In this document: one piece after another, positions 47,971 through 57,027 of the stretch
How the letters are laid out: each line of letters begins with the position of its first letter
Position numbering within the stretch: the first letter of the stretch is position 1
NCBI GenBank assembly: GCA_900770785.1
Contig: CAAGLJ010000076.1
Span: forward strand, 16,764-80,763
Origin: Lachnospiraceae bacterium
GTDB lineage: Bacteria; Bacillota; Clostridia; Lachnospirales; Lachnospiraceae
Length of the DNA stretch: 64,000 nt
Direction of reading: 5' to 3'
Translations under genes and position numbers: made by a program
The notes under the pieces: generated by a model
Database searches by the model: none
What the model was told of the DNA's origin: nothing
The model's input: the letters and a program-made list of their open reading frames with translations, nothing else

Positions 47971-49245
47971 ATGAACATTCGTTTTTATCATACACGTATT
48001 ATGCCCATGAAGGTGGCAGGAGAAATAATAGAAGGTGAAGTGTGGGTACAGAATAATCGCCTTTATTTTGTGGGAGAAGAAAAAGACTGTCCGAAGCCGC
48101 TTTCCTGGGACAGAGAGATTGACTGTAAGGGAAATCTGCTTATGCCGGGCTTTAAAAATGCTCATACCCATTCGGCAATGACCGTATTTCGTTCCCTCTG
48201 TGATGATTATAATCTGCAGGACTGGCTTACCCAGGAAATTTTCCCCAGAGAGGACAAGATGACGGGAGAAGATTGTTACCTGTTGACAAAGCTTGCCATT
48301 TTAGAGTATCTTACCAGTGGTATTACTGCTATTGCAGATATGTACCTGACTCCGGAGACCATAGCCGATGCCTGTCACGAGATGGGTATGCGCTGTGTTC
48401 TGGTCAGCGGTCTGAATAAGTTTGGTCCTCCTCTTAATGTTATGGAAGAAAGGTATAATAAGCTGAACGGGAAGTATGAGCTGGTAACTTATAAAATGGG
48501 CGTTCACGCAGAGTACACCTGTTCCCGGGAAGTGCTGGAATCGGTATCAGAGTTGATTCATCAATATAAGGCACCGCTTTTTGTACATATGTCGGAAACG
48601 AAGGCTGAGGTGGACGGCTGTATTGAGCGTTATGGGATGACGCCTCCCGCCCTTTTTGAATCTCTAGGTCTTTTTGATTTCGGCGGTTGTATTTATCATG
48701 GTGTACATGCTACTTTGGAGGATATGGAAATTCTCAGGCGCCATAATATCAGTGTAATTACCAATCCTGCTTCCAATGCCAAGCTGGCAAGCGGAATTGC
48801 GCCTGTGGGAGAATATTTAAGACAGGGAATCAGAGTAGGAATTGGTACAGACGGTGCTTCCAGTAATAACTGTCTGGATATGTTCAGGGAAATGTTTATG
48901 GTGACAGCACTGGCTAAGCTGAAGGAAAATGATCCGGCGGCAGTGGATGCGCTTAAGGTACTCAACATGGCTACCGTAAACGGTGCCCTTTCCATGGAGC
49001 TGGATGAGGCAGACATCCTGGCAGAAGGCAAGCTGGCAGACATGATTATGATAGATCTTCATCAGCCCAATATGCAGCCTGTCAATAATATTGGCAAGAA
49101 TCTGGTTTACAGCGGCAGCAAGATGAATGTGAAAATGACCATGATTAATGGGCAAATTTTGTATGAAGACGGAAAATTTGCTCCCCAGGTCGATCCGGAG
49201 GAAATCTATGCACAGGCCAATATCATTTTGAAGCGTCTGCGTTAA
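47971..49245 (+). CDS. amidohydrolase-family nucleoside/nucleobase deaminase (MtaD/SsnA-like chlorohydrolase)
   Basis: LLMPGFKNAHTHSAMT metal-binding HxH, downstream His and Asp (GTDGASSNN) ligands. GGAGG RBS before ATG 47971. Confidence 0.75.
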   Translation: MNIRFYHTRIMPMKVAGEIIEGEVWVQNNRLYFVGEEKDCPKPLSWDREIDCKGNLLMPGFKNAHTHSAMTVFRSLCDDYNLQDWLTQEIFPREDKMTGEDCYLLTKLAILEYLTSGITAIADMYLTPETIADACHEMGMRCVLVSGLNKFGPPLNVMEERYNKLNGKYELVTYKMGVHAEYTCSREVLESVSELIHQYKAPLFVHMSETKAEVDGCIERYGMTPPALFESLGLFDFGGCIYHGVHATLEDMEILRRHNISVITNPASNAKLASGIAPVGEYLRQGIRVGIGTDGASSNNCLDMFREMFMVTALAKLKENDPAAVDALKVLNMATVNGALSMELDEADILAEGKLADMIMIDLHQPNMQPVNNIGKNLVYSGSKMNVKMTMINGQILYEDGKFAPQVDPEEIYAQANIILKRLR

Positions 49246-49332
49246 TGAAATTTCAGGCTATGCTTATAGCTTTCAATATATAGGGGAAATTCCCCAATTA
49301 TTTCATTCTCTATGAGATTAGGAGGTAGTAAA

Positions 49333-50700
49333 ATGTTAGAAAAGTTTTTCCATTTAAAGGAAAACAGGACGGATGTAAGAACGGAGGTTATGGCAGGTAT
49401 AACCACATTTATGACCATGGCTTATATCCTGGCGGTTAACCCCAGCATCCTTTCTGCAACTGGAATGGATGCAAATGCAGTACTGATTGCCACTGCACTG
49501 GCTTCCTTTGTAGGAACCATCTGTATGGCATTTTTTGCAAACTATCCTTTTGCACTGGCTCCCGGTATGGGTTTAAATGCGTATTTTGCCTATACCGTTG
49601 TTCTGGGCATGGGATACAGCTGGCAAATTGCTTTAATGGCAGTATTCGTTGAAGGTATCATCTTCATCGTTCTTTCTTTGACCAACGTAAGAGAAGCAAT
49701 TTTCAATGCCATTCCTTTAACCCTGAAAGCGGCGGTCAGCGTAGGTATTGGTCTGTTCATTGCTTTTATTGGTCTGCAGAATGCCAAAATTATTATTAAC
49801 AGTGATGCAACCCTGGTTACCTACCAGACCTTTAAGACGGATTTTTCTTCTGTGGGTATGGGGGCTCTTCTTACTTTAATTGGAGTTATCATTACAGCCA
49901 TTTTTCTGGTGAAAAGGGTAAAAGGCGGAATTCTTTTTGGTATTCTGGCAACCTGGATTCTGGGTATTCTGGCAGAGCTTATGGGACTTTATGTTCCCAA
50001 CCCTGAACTGGGAATGTACAGCACCATTCCTACAGCCTTTATCAGCTTTGATTTCAGTTCTTTTGGTACTACCTGTGGACAGGTATTCAAGGCTGATTTT
50101 GGCAGCATTGATTTCGTCAACTTTGCAGTAGTAGTATTTGCCTTTCTCTTTGTAGATATCTTCGACACCCTGGGAACCTTAATTGGTGTGGCAAGTAAAG
50201 CAGATATGCTGGATAAGGAAGGTAAGCTGCCAAGAATCAAGGGAGCCCTGATGGCGGACGCTGTGGCAACCACTGTAGGTGCAATTTTTGGTACTTCTAC
50301 AACGACTACTTATGTGGAAAGTGCTTCCGGTGTTACGGCAGGCGGAAGAACCGGTCTTACGGCAGTAGTAACCGGTATTCTGTTCCTTCTGGCAATGTTC
50401 TTTTCTCCTTTGTTTTTGACGATTCCTTCTTTTGCAGTAGCTCCTGCATTAATTATTGTAGGCTTCTATATGATGGGATCTGTAGCTAAGATTAATTTTG
50501 AAGATATGGCAGAGGCGATTCCCGCCTTCCTTTGTATCCTATTCATGCCTATGGCATACAGCATTTCTGAGGGTATTGCAGTTGGTGTGATTTCCTGGAC
50601 CTTAATCAATCTGATTTGCGGAAAAGCAAAAGAGAAGAAAATCAGTGGTTTGATGTATGCACTGGCGCTTATCTTTATTGTTAAATATATTTTCCTGTAA
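49333..50700 (+). CDS. NCS2/AzgA-family purine (guanine/hypoxanthine) permease
   Basis: About 13 TM helices, with N-terminal FHLKENRTDVRTEVMAGITTFMTMAYILAVNP as in PbuG/AzgA. Confidence 0.85.
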   Translation: MLEKFFHLKENRTDVRTEVMAGITTFMTMAYILAVNPSILSATGMDANAVLIATALASFVGTICMAFFANYPFALAPGMGLNAYFAYTVVLGMGYSWQIALMAVFVEGIIFIVLSLTNVREAIFNAIPLTLKAAVSVGIGLFIAFIGLQNAKIIINSDATLVTYQTFKTDFSSVGMGALLTLIGVIITAIFLVKRVKGGILFGILATWILGILAELMGLYVPNPELGMYSTIPTAFISFDFSSFGTTCGQVFKADFGSIDFVNFAVVVFAFLFVDIFDTLGTLIGVASKADMLDKEGKLPRIKGALMADAVATTVGAIFGTSTTTTYVESASGVTAGGRTGLTAVVTGILFLLAMFFSPLFLTIPSFAVAPALIIVGFYMMGSVAKINFEDMAEAIPAFLCILFMPMAYSISEGIAVGVISWTLINLICGKAKEKKISGLMYALALIFIVKYIFL

Positions 50701-50723
50701 TAAGGATAGGAAGAACGCTCAAA

Positions 50724-52472
50724 ATGAATAATGTAAAAGCAGGAACTTTGTGCATTTGCACAAGGTTCTTGTTTATTACAGATATGTGCAGAAAGAGGGA
50801 GGTGGACAGATATTTGTTTATTACAGGAATAATAGTGCTGCTGATTCTGGCTGTATTTTATCGTGGAGTAATGGAGGAAAAGAAAAAACACATTAACTTA
50901 AGAAAAACTTTACAGGAAGGGTATGGTAAAGTAAACGAAAGAAAATGGCAGCCAGGGGAGTTGGAGCGGATTTCTTTTTATGGTAAAAGAGGGAATGAAG
51001 CTATGAGTATCGACAGCCAGACCTGGAATGATCTGGATATGGATGAAGTATTTAAGCAGATGGCCTATACCGGCTCTTCTCTGGGAGACGATTATTTGTA
51101 TGCTCTGCTTCATCAGTCTGGAAAGAGTGTGGAAGAACTAAAACGGCTGGAAGAAAAAATTGCTTTTTACCAGACAAGGGAAAAAGAAAGACTGGATTTA
51201 CAGCTTCTTTTTATTGAACTTGGCAGAATGAAAAAATATTCTCTTTCTCAATACCTGGATTATATGGAAGAAAAAAAGGCTGAGGGAAATGGAAAGCATC
51301 ATCTGGGTAATATCTTATTGCTGCTCTCCCCTTTACTCATGTTTTTTTCTGCCGGTATTGGCCTGTCTGCCTTTTTTCTTTGTCTCTTTATTAATGTATA
51401 TACGTATTTTAAAAATAAAGCAGATATGGAAGCCTATCTGGTTAGCTTTCGCTATATTCTTACCATGCTGGACATGGCCGAAAGAATAGAAAAGCGGTTA
51501 GACCCAGTATGGAACACAGATAAGGAAAGCCTTAGAGAAGTCATAAGTATTTTTCAGGGATTTCGCAAAAATTCCTTTCTTCTCATGTCCCGGGGGAGAA
51601 TGGCAGGACAGGGAGTTGAATTGATCCTGGACTATCTCAGGATGTGTTTCCATCTGGATATGATCAAGTTTAACTCCATGCTTTTGCAGCTTCAAAAGGA
51701 TATGAAACAGGTCTGGAAAATTTATGAGCTTTTAGGGGAATTGGACAGTTGTCTTGCCATAGGTGCCTACCGTGCTTATTTACCGGTATATTGTATTCCG
51801 GATTTTTGGAAAAAAAAGGAAATGGATATGGTGGAAGGATATCATCCCCTGCTAAAGAAGGCAGTAAGTAATTCTCTGCATATGGAAAAGAATATTCTGC
51901 TGACGGGTTCCAATGCCTCTGGAAAATCCACCTTTTTAAAGACTATTGGGCTGAATGTTCTCCTTGCCCAGACCATTCATACCTGTACAGCAAAGAACTT
52001 TAGGCTTCCTTTATGCAGGCTGTATACCTCGCTGTCCTTAAAGGACAGTCTGTTTAAGCAGGAAAGCTATTATATGGCAGAGATTAAGGCCATTAAAAGA
52101 ATTTTGGATTCGGCAGCCGGGGGAGGACAGGTAGTCTGCATGGTAGATGAGGTTTTACGAGGAACCAACACCAGGGAGAGGATTGCCGCATCTGCACAGA
52201 TTCTGTTAAAGATGTATAGAATGGGGATACTTTGTCTTGCGGCTACTCACGACAGGGAATTAACTGAAATATTGGAAGGGGAATACGAGAATTATCATTT
52301 TCAGGAGGAACTGGCAGGAGGAGATGTAAAATTTTCCTATCGGCTTAAGTCTGGAAGAGCAGACAGCAGTAATGCCATAGGGCTTTTGGAAGAGCTGGGC
52401 TATGGCAGTGAGGTAACGGTGGGCGCACGCCGGATGATAGAAGAATTCGAGAAAAAGGGAGAGTGGAAATGA
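50724..52472 (+). CDS. MutS-domain (domains III + V) ABC-type ATPase with internal transmembrane helices, not a canonical MutS1/MutS2
   Basis: Walker A GSNASGKSTFLKTIG, ABC signature/Walker B VVCMVDEVLRGTNTRER, H-loop AATHD. Hydrophobic helices at about aa 30-46 and 195-225. No mismatch-binding or Smr domain. Confidence 0.75.
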   Translation: MNNVKAGTLCICTRFLFITDMCRKREVDRYLFITGIIVLLILAVFYRGVMEEKKKHINLRKTLQEGYGKVNERKWQPGELERISFYGKRGNEAMSIDSQTWNDLDMDEVFKQMAYTGSSLGDDYLYALLHQSGKSVEELKRLEEKIAFYQTREKERLDLQLLFIELGRMKKYSLSQYLDYMEEKKAEGNGKHHLGNILLLLSPLLMFFSAGIGLSAFFLCLFINVYTYFKNKADMEAYLVSFRYILTMLDMAERIEKRLDPVWNTDKESLREVISIFQGFRKNSFLLMSRGRMAGQGVELILDYLRMCFHLDMIKFNSMLLQLQKDMKQVWKIYELLGELDSCLAIGAYRAYLPVYCIPDFWKKKEMDMVEGYHPLLKKAVSNSLHMEKNILLTGSNASGKSTFLKTIGLNVLLAQTIHTCTAKNFRLPLCRLYTSLSLKDSLFKQESYYMAEIKAIKRILDSAAGGGQVVCMVDEVLRGTNTRERIAASAQILLKMYRMGILCLAATHDRELTEILEGEYENYHFQEELAGGDVKFSYRLKSGRADSSNAIGLLEELGYGSEVTVGARRMIEEFEKKGEWK

Positions 52473-52945
52473 AGGTAACGATTTATACGGACGGGGCAGC
52501 AAGAGGAAATCCTGATGGGCCTGGAGGATATGGCTGTGTACTTCATTACATGGATACTCAGGGAAAACTCCATGTGAGAGAATTTTCCGCCGGCTATAAA
52601 AAGACTACCAATAACCGGATGGAAATGCTGGCAGTAATTGTGGGGCTGGAGGCCTTAACAAAGCCCTGTCAGGTAACGGTAGTGTCGGACTCAAAATATG
52701 TAACCGATGCCTTCAATCAGCACTGGTTGGAAAACTGGCAGAAGAATCAGTGGAAAACCAGTACCAGAAAGCCGGTAAAGAACAAGATGCTGTGGCTGCG
52801 TATGCTAAAGGCTATGGAGCCGCATCAGGTGAGCTTTACCTGGATTAAGGGGCATGCCGGACATCCGGAAAATGAACGCTGTGACCAGCTGGCAACGAGT
52901 GCAGCGGATGGTACGGATCTGCTGGAGGATGATCTGGGCGATTAG
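52469..52945 (+). CDS. rnhA: ribonuclease HI
   Basis: RNase H fold with catalytic DEDD residues (TDGAARGNPDGPGGYG, RMEMLAV, DSKYV, WIKGHAGHPENERCDQLA). The ATG overlaps the stop of the upstream gene (ATGA). Confidence 0.85.
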   Translation: MKVTIYTDGAARGNPDGPGGYGCVLHYMDTQGKLHVREFSAGYKKTTNNRMEMLAVIVGLEALTKPCQVTVVSDSKYVTDAFNQHWLENWQKNQWKTSTRKPVKNKMLWLRMLKAMEPHQVSFTWIKGHAGHPENERCDQLATSAADGTDLLEDDLGD

Positions 52946-53065
52946 GGTATTTCGGGAAGGAATACAGGCAGGGACTGTCTCCATGAAATCTATATCGAAA
53001 AAAAGATAATAGTTGCACTCCATTTTTTTTAGTGATATGATAGTTAGGAAAGGTAAGGTGAGGAT

Positions 53066-53227
53066 ATGGCAAACTTAATTGCTTTTTTAAATGTATTTTG
53101 TTCCTATTTGTTATTATTCGGTATTATCGGTGTTCTCGCTGTTGTGGCAGTTTTTATTGGGATCAGACTGAGGAAGAATAAGGATTTAAAGGATGCTTCC
53201 GGTAAGTCTTTGGCGGATAATGTATAA
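53066..53227 (+). CDS. small hydrophobic protein (53 aa, single TM) upstream of nrdD
   Basis: ATG with a GGTGAGG RBS, product MANLIAFLNVFCSYLLLFGIIGVLAVVAVFIGIRLRKNKDLKDASGKSLADNV, followed by a hairpin/T-run. It is below the ORF-track cutoff. Confidence 0.35.
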   Translation: MANLIAFLNVFCSYLLLFGIIGVLAVVAVFIGIRLRKNKDLKDASGKSLADNV

Positions 53228-53256
53228 TTGAACAGAGAGCAACAGACTGAATAGAG

Positions 53257-53293
53257 GAATGGCTATTACGAGCAGAATGGCCATTCTTTTTTT
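53257..53293 (+). terminator. hairpin + T-run terminator after the small ORF
   Basis: GAATGGC ... GCCATTC stem (inner palindrome AGAATGGCCATTCT) followed by TTTTTTT. Confidence 0.5.
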
Positions 53294-53318
53294 GGGGAAA
53301 TTTTCAGAAAGGTTATCG

Positions 53319-53347
53319 TTGACAGATGAGGAGAGGACGGCTATACT
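53319..53347 (+). promoter_or_regulatory. sigma-A promoter for nrdDG (TTGACA, 17 nt, TATACT)
   Basis: Exact consensus hexamers at 53319-53324 and 53342-53347 with a 17-nt spacer. Confidence 0.6.
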
Positions 53348-53357
53348 AGTAAATACA

Positions 53358-53374
53358 CCACAATATCTTGTGAT
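53358..53374 (+). promoter_or_regulatory. candidate NrdR box (ccACAATATCTTGTGat) immediately downstream of the -10
   Basis: Near-palindrome CACAATATCTTGTG resembles the NrdR-box consensus acaCwAtATaTwGtgt found upstream of nrd operons. Confidence 0.4.
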
Positions 53375-53463
53375 TTAAGAAGCTGAGAAACCATATTCTG
53401 TATGTAGGTCTGGCCAAAGAATTTGGTTTTTATAGATACAAATCATGAAAAGAGGGAAGGGAA

Positions 53464-55656
53464 ATGAGTAGTTTGGTTGCAGAGAAAGCTGCTGATGAGG
53501 CGGTTGATTATGGCAGTGAATACCGCCCTGAGAAGTCGGTTAAGGTGATTAAGAAGGATGGAAGTACAGAGGACTTTAACGTTCAGAAGGTGATTAATGC
53601 CATTGGTAAAAGTGCTTATCGTGCACTGACTAAATTTACAGAGGAAGAGAAGCGGCATATCTGTACATATGTGGTGGAAAAGGTGGAGGATTTGGAGAAT
53701 CCTGAGATTCCTATTTCCATTATGCATAATATTGTGGAAAGTGCCTTGGAAGAAGTTAAGCCTGTTGTTGCCAAAAGCTACCGCGATTACCGTAACTATA
53801 AGCAGGATTTCGTACGTATGCTGGATGATGTGTATAAGAAAAGCCAGTCCATTATGTATGTAGGGGATAAGGAGAATGCCAATACCGACTCCGCTCTCGT
53901 ATCGACGAAGAGAAGCCTGGTATTCAACCAGTTGAATAAAGAATTATACCAGAAATTTTTTATGACCACAGAAGAGATTCAGGCCTGCCGTGACGGCTAT
54001 ATTTATGTGCATGATATGTCAGCCAGAAGAGATACCATGAACTGTTGCCTTTTTGATGTGGAGAATGTATTGTCCGGCGGCTTTGAGATGGGGAACATCT
54101 GGTATAATGAGCCCAAGACTCTGGACGTTGCCTTTGATGTTATCGGTGATATCGTTTTAAGTGCAGCAAGCCAGCAGTACGGCGGTTTTACCGTCCCCAG
54201 TGTGGACAATATTCTGGAACCCTATGCCGAAAAGTCTTATGAGAAGCTGAAGAAGAAGTATCTTTCTCTGGGAGTCAGTGAGGAAGCGGCTGAAGCTGAG
54301 GCCATGAAGGATGTGGAGAAGGAGATGGAGCAGGGCTTCCAGGGCTGGGAATACAAGTTTAATACCGTTGCCAGCAGTCGTGGAGATTACCCTTTTATTA
54401 CCGTTACAGCAGGAACAGGAACGGGTAAGTTTGCCCAGATGGCTACCATCGTCATGCTGAGAGTAAGAAAGGGCGGTCAGGGAAAGAAGGAGTGCAAAAA
54501 GCCGGTACTCTTTCCTAAGATTGTTTTTCTTTATGACGAGAATCTGCATGGACCGGGCAAACCCCTGGAGGCTGTTTTTGAAGCAGGTGTAGAATGCTCT
54601 GCAAAGACCATGTATCCGGACTGGTTAAGCCTTACCGGTAAGGGGTATGTGGCAAGTATCTATAAGCAGTATGGAAAAATTATTTCGCCCATGGGCTGCC
54701 GTGCCTTCCTTTCTCCCTGGTATGAGAGGGGAGGTATGCATCCGGCAGACGAAAAGGACAGTCCTGTTTTTGTAGGCCGTTTTAATATTGGTGCGGTATC
54801 CCTGCATTTGCCGATGATTCTGGCAAAGGCAAGGCAGGAAAGCAGAGATTTTTATGAGGTACTGGACTATTATCTCAATCTGATCCGCCAGCTGCATATC
54901 CGAACCTATGCCTATTTAGGAGAAATGAGAGCTTCAACCAATCCTCTGGCTTACTGTGAGGGAGGATTTTACGGGGGACACCTGAAGCTCTCAGATAAAA
55001 TTAAACCTTTATTAAAGAGTGCAACAGCTTCCTTTGGCATTACCGCACTGAATGAGCTGCAGATGCTGTATAATGGCAAGTCTCTGGTAGAGGATGGAGC
55101 CTTTGCAATAGAGGTGCTGGAGTATATTAATAAAAGAATTATTGAGTTCAAAGAAGAAGATGGCAATCTATATGCTATTTACGGAACACCGGCAGAGAAT
55201 CTCTGTGGCTTACAGGTGCAGCAGTTCAGAAAGAAGTACGGCATTGTGGAAGGGGTTTCTGACAGAGAATATGTGAGCAACAGCTTCCATTGTCATGTGA
55301 CCGAGGACATTACCCCTATCCAGAAGCAGGATTTGGAGAACCGGTTCTGGAATTTGAGCAATGGCGGTAAGATTCAGTATGTGAAGTATCCTATCGATTA
55401 CAATATTGAAGCCATTAAGACCCTGATTCATCGTGCAATGGATATGGGGTTCTATGAGGGTGTTAATCTTAGTCTTGCTTATTGTGACGACTGCGGGCAT
55501 CAGGAGCTGGAGATGGATGTATGCCCTGTATGTGGAAGCAGCAATCTGACCAAGATTGATCGGATGAATGGTTATTTATCTTATTCCAGAGTACATGGAG
55601 ATACCAGATTAAATGATGCAAAAATGGTTGAAATTGCAGAAAGGAAGTCTATGTAA
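53464..55656 (+). CDS. nrdD: anaerobic ribonucleoside-triphosphate reductase
   Basis: 730 aa. The C-terminal Zn ribbon (CDDCGHQ...CPVCGSS) is immediately followed by the glycyl-radical-type tail (RMNGYLSYSR). N-terminal ATP-cone-like region. Confidence 0.95.
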   Translation: MSSLVAEKAADEAVDYGSEYRPEKSVKVIKKDGSTEDFNVQKVINAIGKSAYRALTKFTEEEKRHICTYVVEKVEDLENPEIPISIMHNIVESALEEVKPVVAKSYRDYRNYKQDFVRMLDDVYKKSQSIMYVGDKENANTDSALVSTKRSLVFNQLNKELYQKFFMTTEEIQACRDGYIYVHDMSARRDTMNCCLFDVENVLSGGFEMGNIWYNEPKTLDVAFDVIGDIVLSAASQQYGGFTVPSVDNILEPYAEKSYEKLKKKYLSLGVSEEAAEAEAMKDVEKEMEQGFQGWEYKFNTVASSRGDYPFITVTAGTGTGKFAQMATIVMLRVRKGGQGKKECKKPVLFPKIVFLYDENLHGPGKPLEAVFEAGVECSAKTMYPDWLSLTGKGYVASIYKQYGKIISPMGCRAFLSPWYERGGMHPADEKDSPVFVGRFNIGAVSLHLPMILAKARQESRDFYEVLDYYLNLIRQLHIRTYAYLGEMRASTNPLAYCEGGFYGGHLKLSDKIKPLLKSATASFGITALNELQMLYNGKSLVEDGAFAIEVLEYINKRIIEFKEEDGNLYAIYGTPAENLCGLQVQQFRKKYGIVEGVSDREYVSNSFHCHVTEDITPIQKQDLENRFWNLSNGGKIQYVKYPIDYNIEAIKTLIHRAMDMGFYEGVNLSLAYCDDCGHQELEMDVCPVCGSSNLTKIDRMNGYLSYSRVHGDTRLNDAKMVEIAERKSM

Positions 55657-55658
55657 TT

Positions 55659-56168
55659 ATGCGGTACCATGATATCACAAAGGATGATATGCTTAATGGA
55701 GACGGGCTGAGAGTCGTTCTCTGGGTGGCAGGCTGTACACATTGCTGTAAAGAATGCCAGAATCCGTTAACCTGGGACCCGGATGGAGGCTTGCTTTTTG
55801 ATGAGTCGGCAAAGCAGGAAATTTTTGAACAGCTGGATAAAAGCTACATTTCCGGAATTACGTTTTCAGGAGGAGATCCGTTACATCCTGCCAACAGTCT
55901 GGAGGTTAAGGAGCTTATGGCAGAGATTAAGGAAAAGTATCCTGATAAAACTATCTGGCTATATACCGGCGGCAAGTGGGAAGCTATCCGTCAGATGCCC
56001 TTAATGCAATATGTGGATGTTTGTGTAGATGGTGAGTTTAAGATTGAGCTTATGGACAGTAAGCTTATGTGGAAGGGAAGCTCAAATCAGAGAGTAATTG
56101 ATGTACAGGCATCCCTCAGCTTACAAAATGGCGAGGCTCCTGTTTTACATTGTGGTGATTATCGGTGA
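55659..56168 (+). CDS. nrdG: anaerobic ribonucleotide reductase activating protein (radical SAM)
   Basis: GCTHCCKEC cluster, NrdG family, overlaps nrdD by a few nt. Confidence 0.9.
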   Translation: MRYHDITKDDMLNGDGLRVVLWVAGCTHCCKECQNPLTWDPDGGLLFDESAKQEIFEQLDKSYISGITFSGGDPLHPANSLEVKELMAEIKEKYPDKTIWLYTGGKWEAIRQMPLMQYVDVCVDGEFKIELMDSKLMWKGSSNQRVIDVQASLSLQNGEAPVLHCGDYR

Positions 56169-56239
56169 ATATAAACAAAAGCAGGGAAGGTGTCAGGAAA
56201 TTTCCGACACCTTTACCTTATTTAGCAGGGGAGGAAATT

Positions 56240-56755
56240 ATGCAGCGTATGGCTCAGTTTTTTAAGGTAAGTCTTGAAGAGTTTGAAAAGGGAATAAAAG
56301 ATTGTCTGGGGGAAGTGGCAGAAGAAAAAGTCAGGGAGATGTATGACAATATCCACCTGCCTAGGAGAGCGACGAAAGGGAGTGCAGGATATGATTTTTT
56401 TGCACCCTTTGGCTTTATGCTTAAACCCGGTGAGAGCATCAAAATTCCTACGGGAATAAGGGTGAAGATGGAAGAAAACTGGGTGCTGAATCTGTATCCC
56501 AGAAGCGGACTCGGATTTAAATACCGTTTGCAGCTGAATAATACGGTGGGGATTATTGACAGTGATTATTATTATTCCGACAATGAGGGACATATTTTCT
56601 CCCGGCTTACCAATGATTCCAAAGAAGAGAAAATCGTTGAGTTAAAACAAGGAGAAGGATTTATGCAGGGAATCTTTATGGAATATGGGATTACCGTCGA
56701 TGATGAAGCAGATGGAATCCGCAATGGAGGTTTTGGAAGTACCAGTAGTTTGTAA
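56240..56755 (+). CDS. dut: dUTP diphosphatase (trimeric dUTPase family) with about 40-aa N-terminal extension
   Basis: Motifs GSAGYDF, RSGLG, GIIDSDYY, and a C-terminal GGFGSTS motif V. GGGGAGG RBS 7 nt before ATG 56240. The ORF-track GTG at 56165 overlaps nrdG and is less likely. Confidence 0.75.
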   Translation: MQRMAQFFKVSLEEFEKGIKDCLGEVAEEKVREMYDNIHLPRRATKGSAGYDFFAPFGFMLKPGESIKIPTGIRVKMEENWVLNLYPRSGLGFKYRLQLNNTVGIIDSDYYYSDNEGHIFSRLTNDSKEEKIVELKQGEGFMQGIFMEYGITVDDEADGIRNGGFGSTSSL

Positions 56756-56905
56756 ATTGTAACTGTTCAGAGCCAAGCAAAATTTCATAAAGCAGGTGTA
56801 AAATATTTGTATTTTTAAGACTGCTTTTGAAATTTTATTTGGCGGATATGCCACACCGACATGCGAAGCATTTTGGAGGTATGTTCTGAACAGTTATTGT
56901 AAATT
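56750..56905. repeat. imperfect inverted repeat of about 20 bp (TTGTAAATTGTAACTGTTCAGAGC / GTTCTGAACAGTTATTGTAAATTT) bracketing about 110 bp of AT-rich non-coding DNA between dut and degV
   Basis: Read directly. The core AACTGTTCAGA / TCTGAACAGTT is a perfect 11-bp inverted repeat. The left arm overlaps the dut stop codon. Confidence 0.6.
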
Positions 56906-57027
56906 TAGAAAAAGTTTAGATTTAAGGGATTTCCTGTAATACTTAAAAGTGATAGACTGATACGGGAATAGAAATAAATGGCATTTTACCATGAGAAAAA
57001 ATAGATTAAGAATTATTGGAGGTTACT

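Noticed and set aside
49246-49332. Possible purine riboswitch upstream of the NCS2 purine permease
   Set aside because: The leader is only about 87 nt. It lacks the conserved purine-aptamer elements (e.g. the UAUA...CGCGUGGAUAUGGCACGC...CCGUAAAUGUCCGACUAUG pattern). It contains only a simple GGGGAAATTCCCC palindrome.
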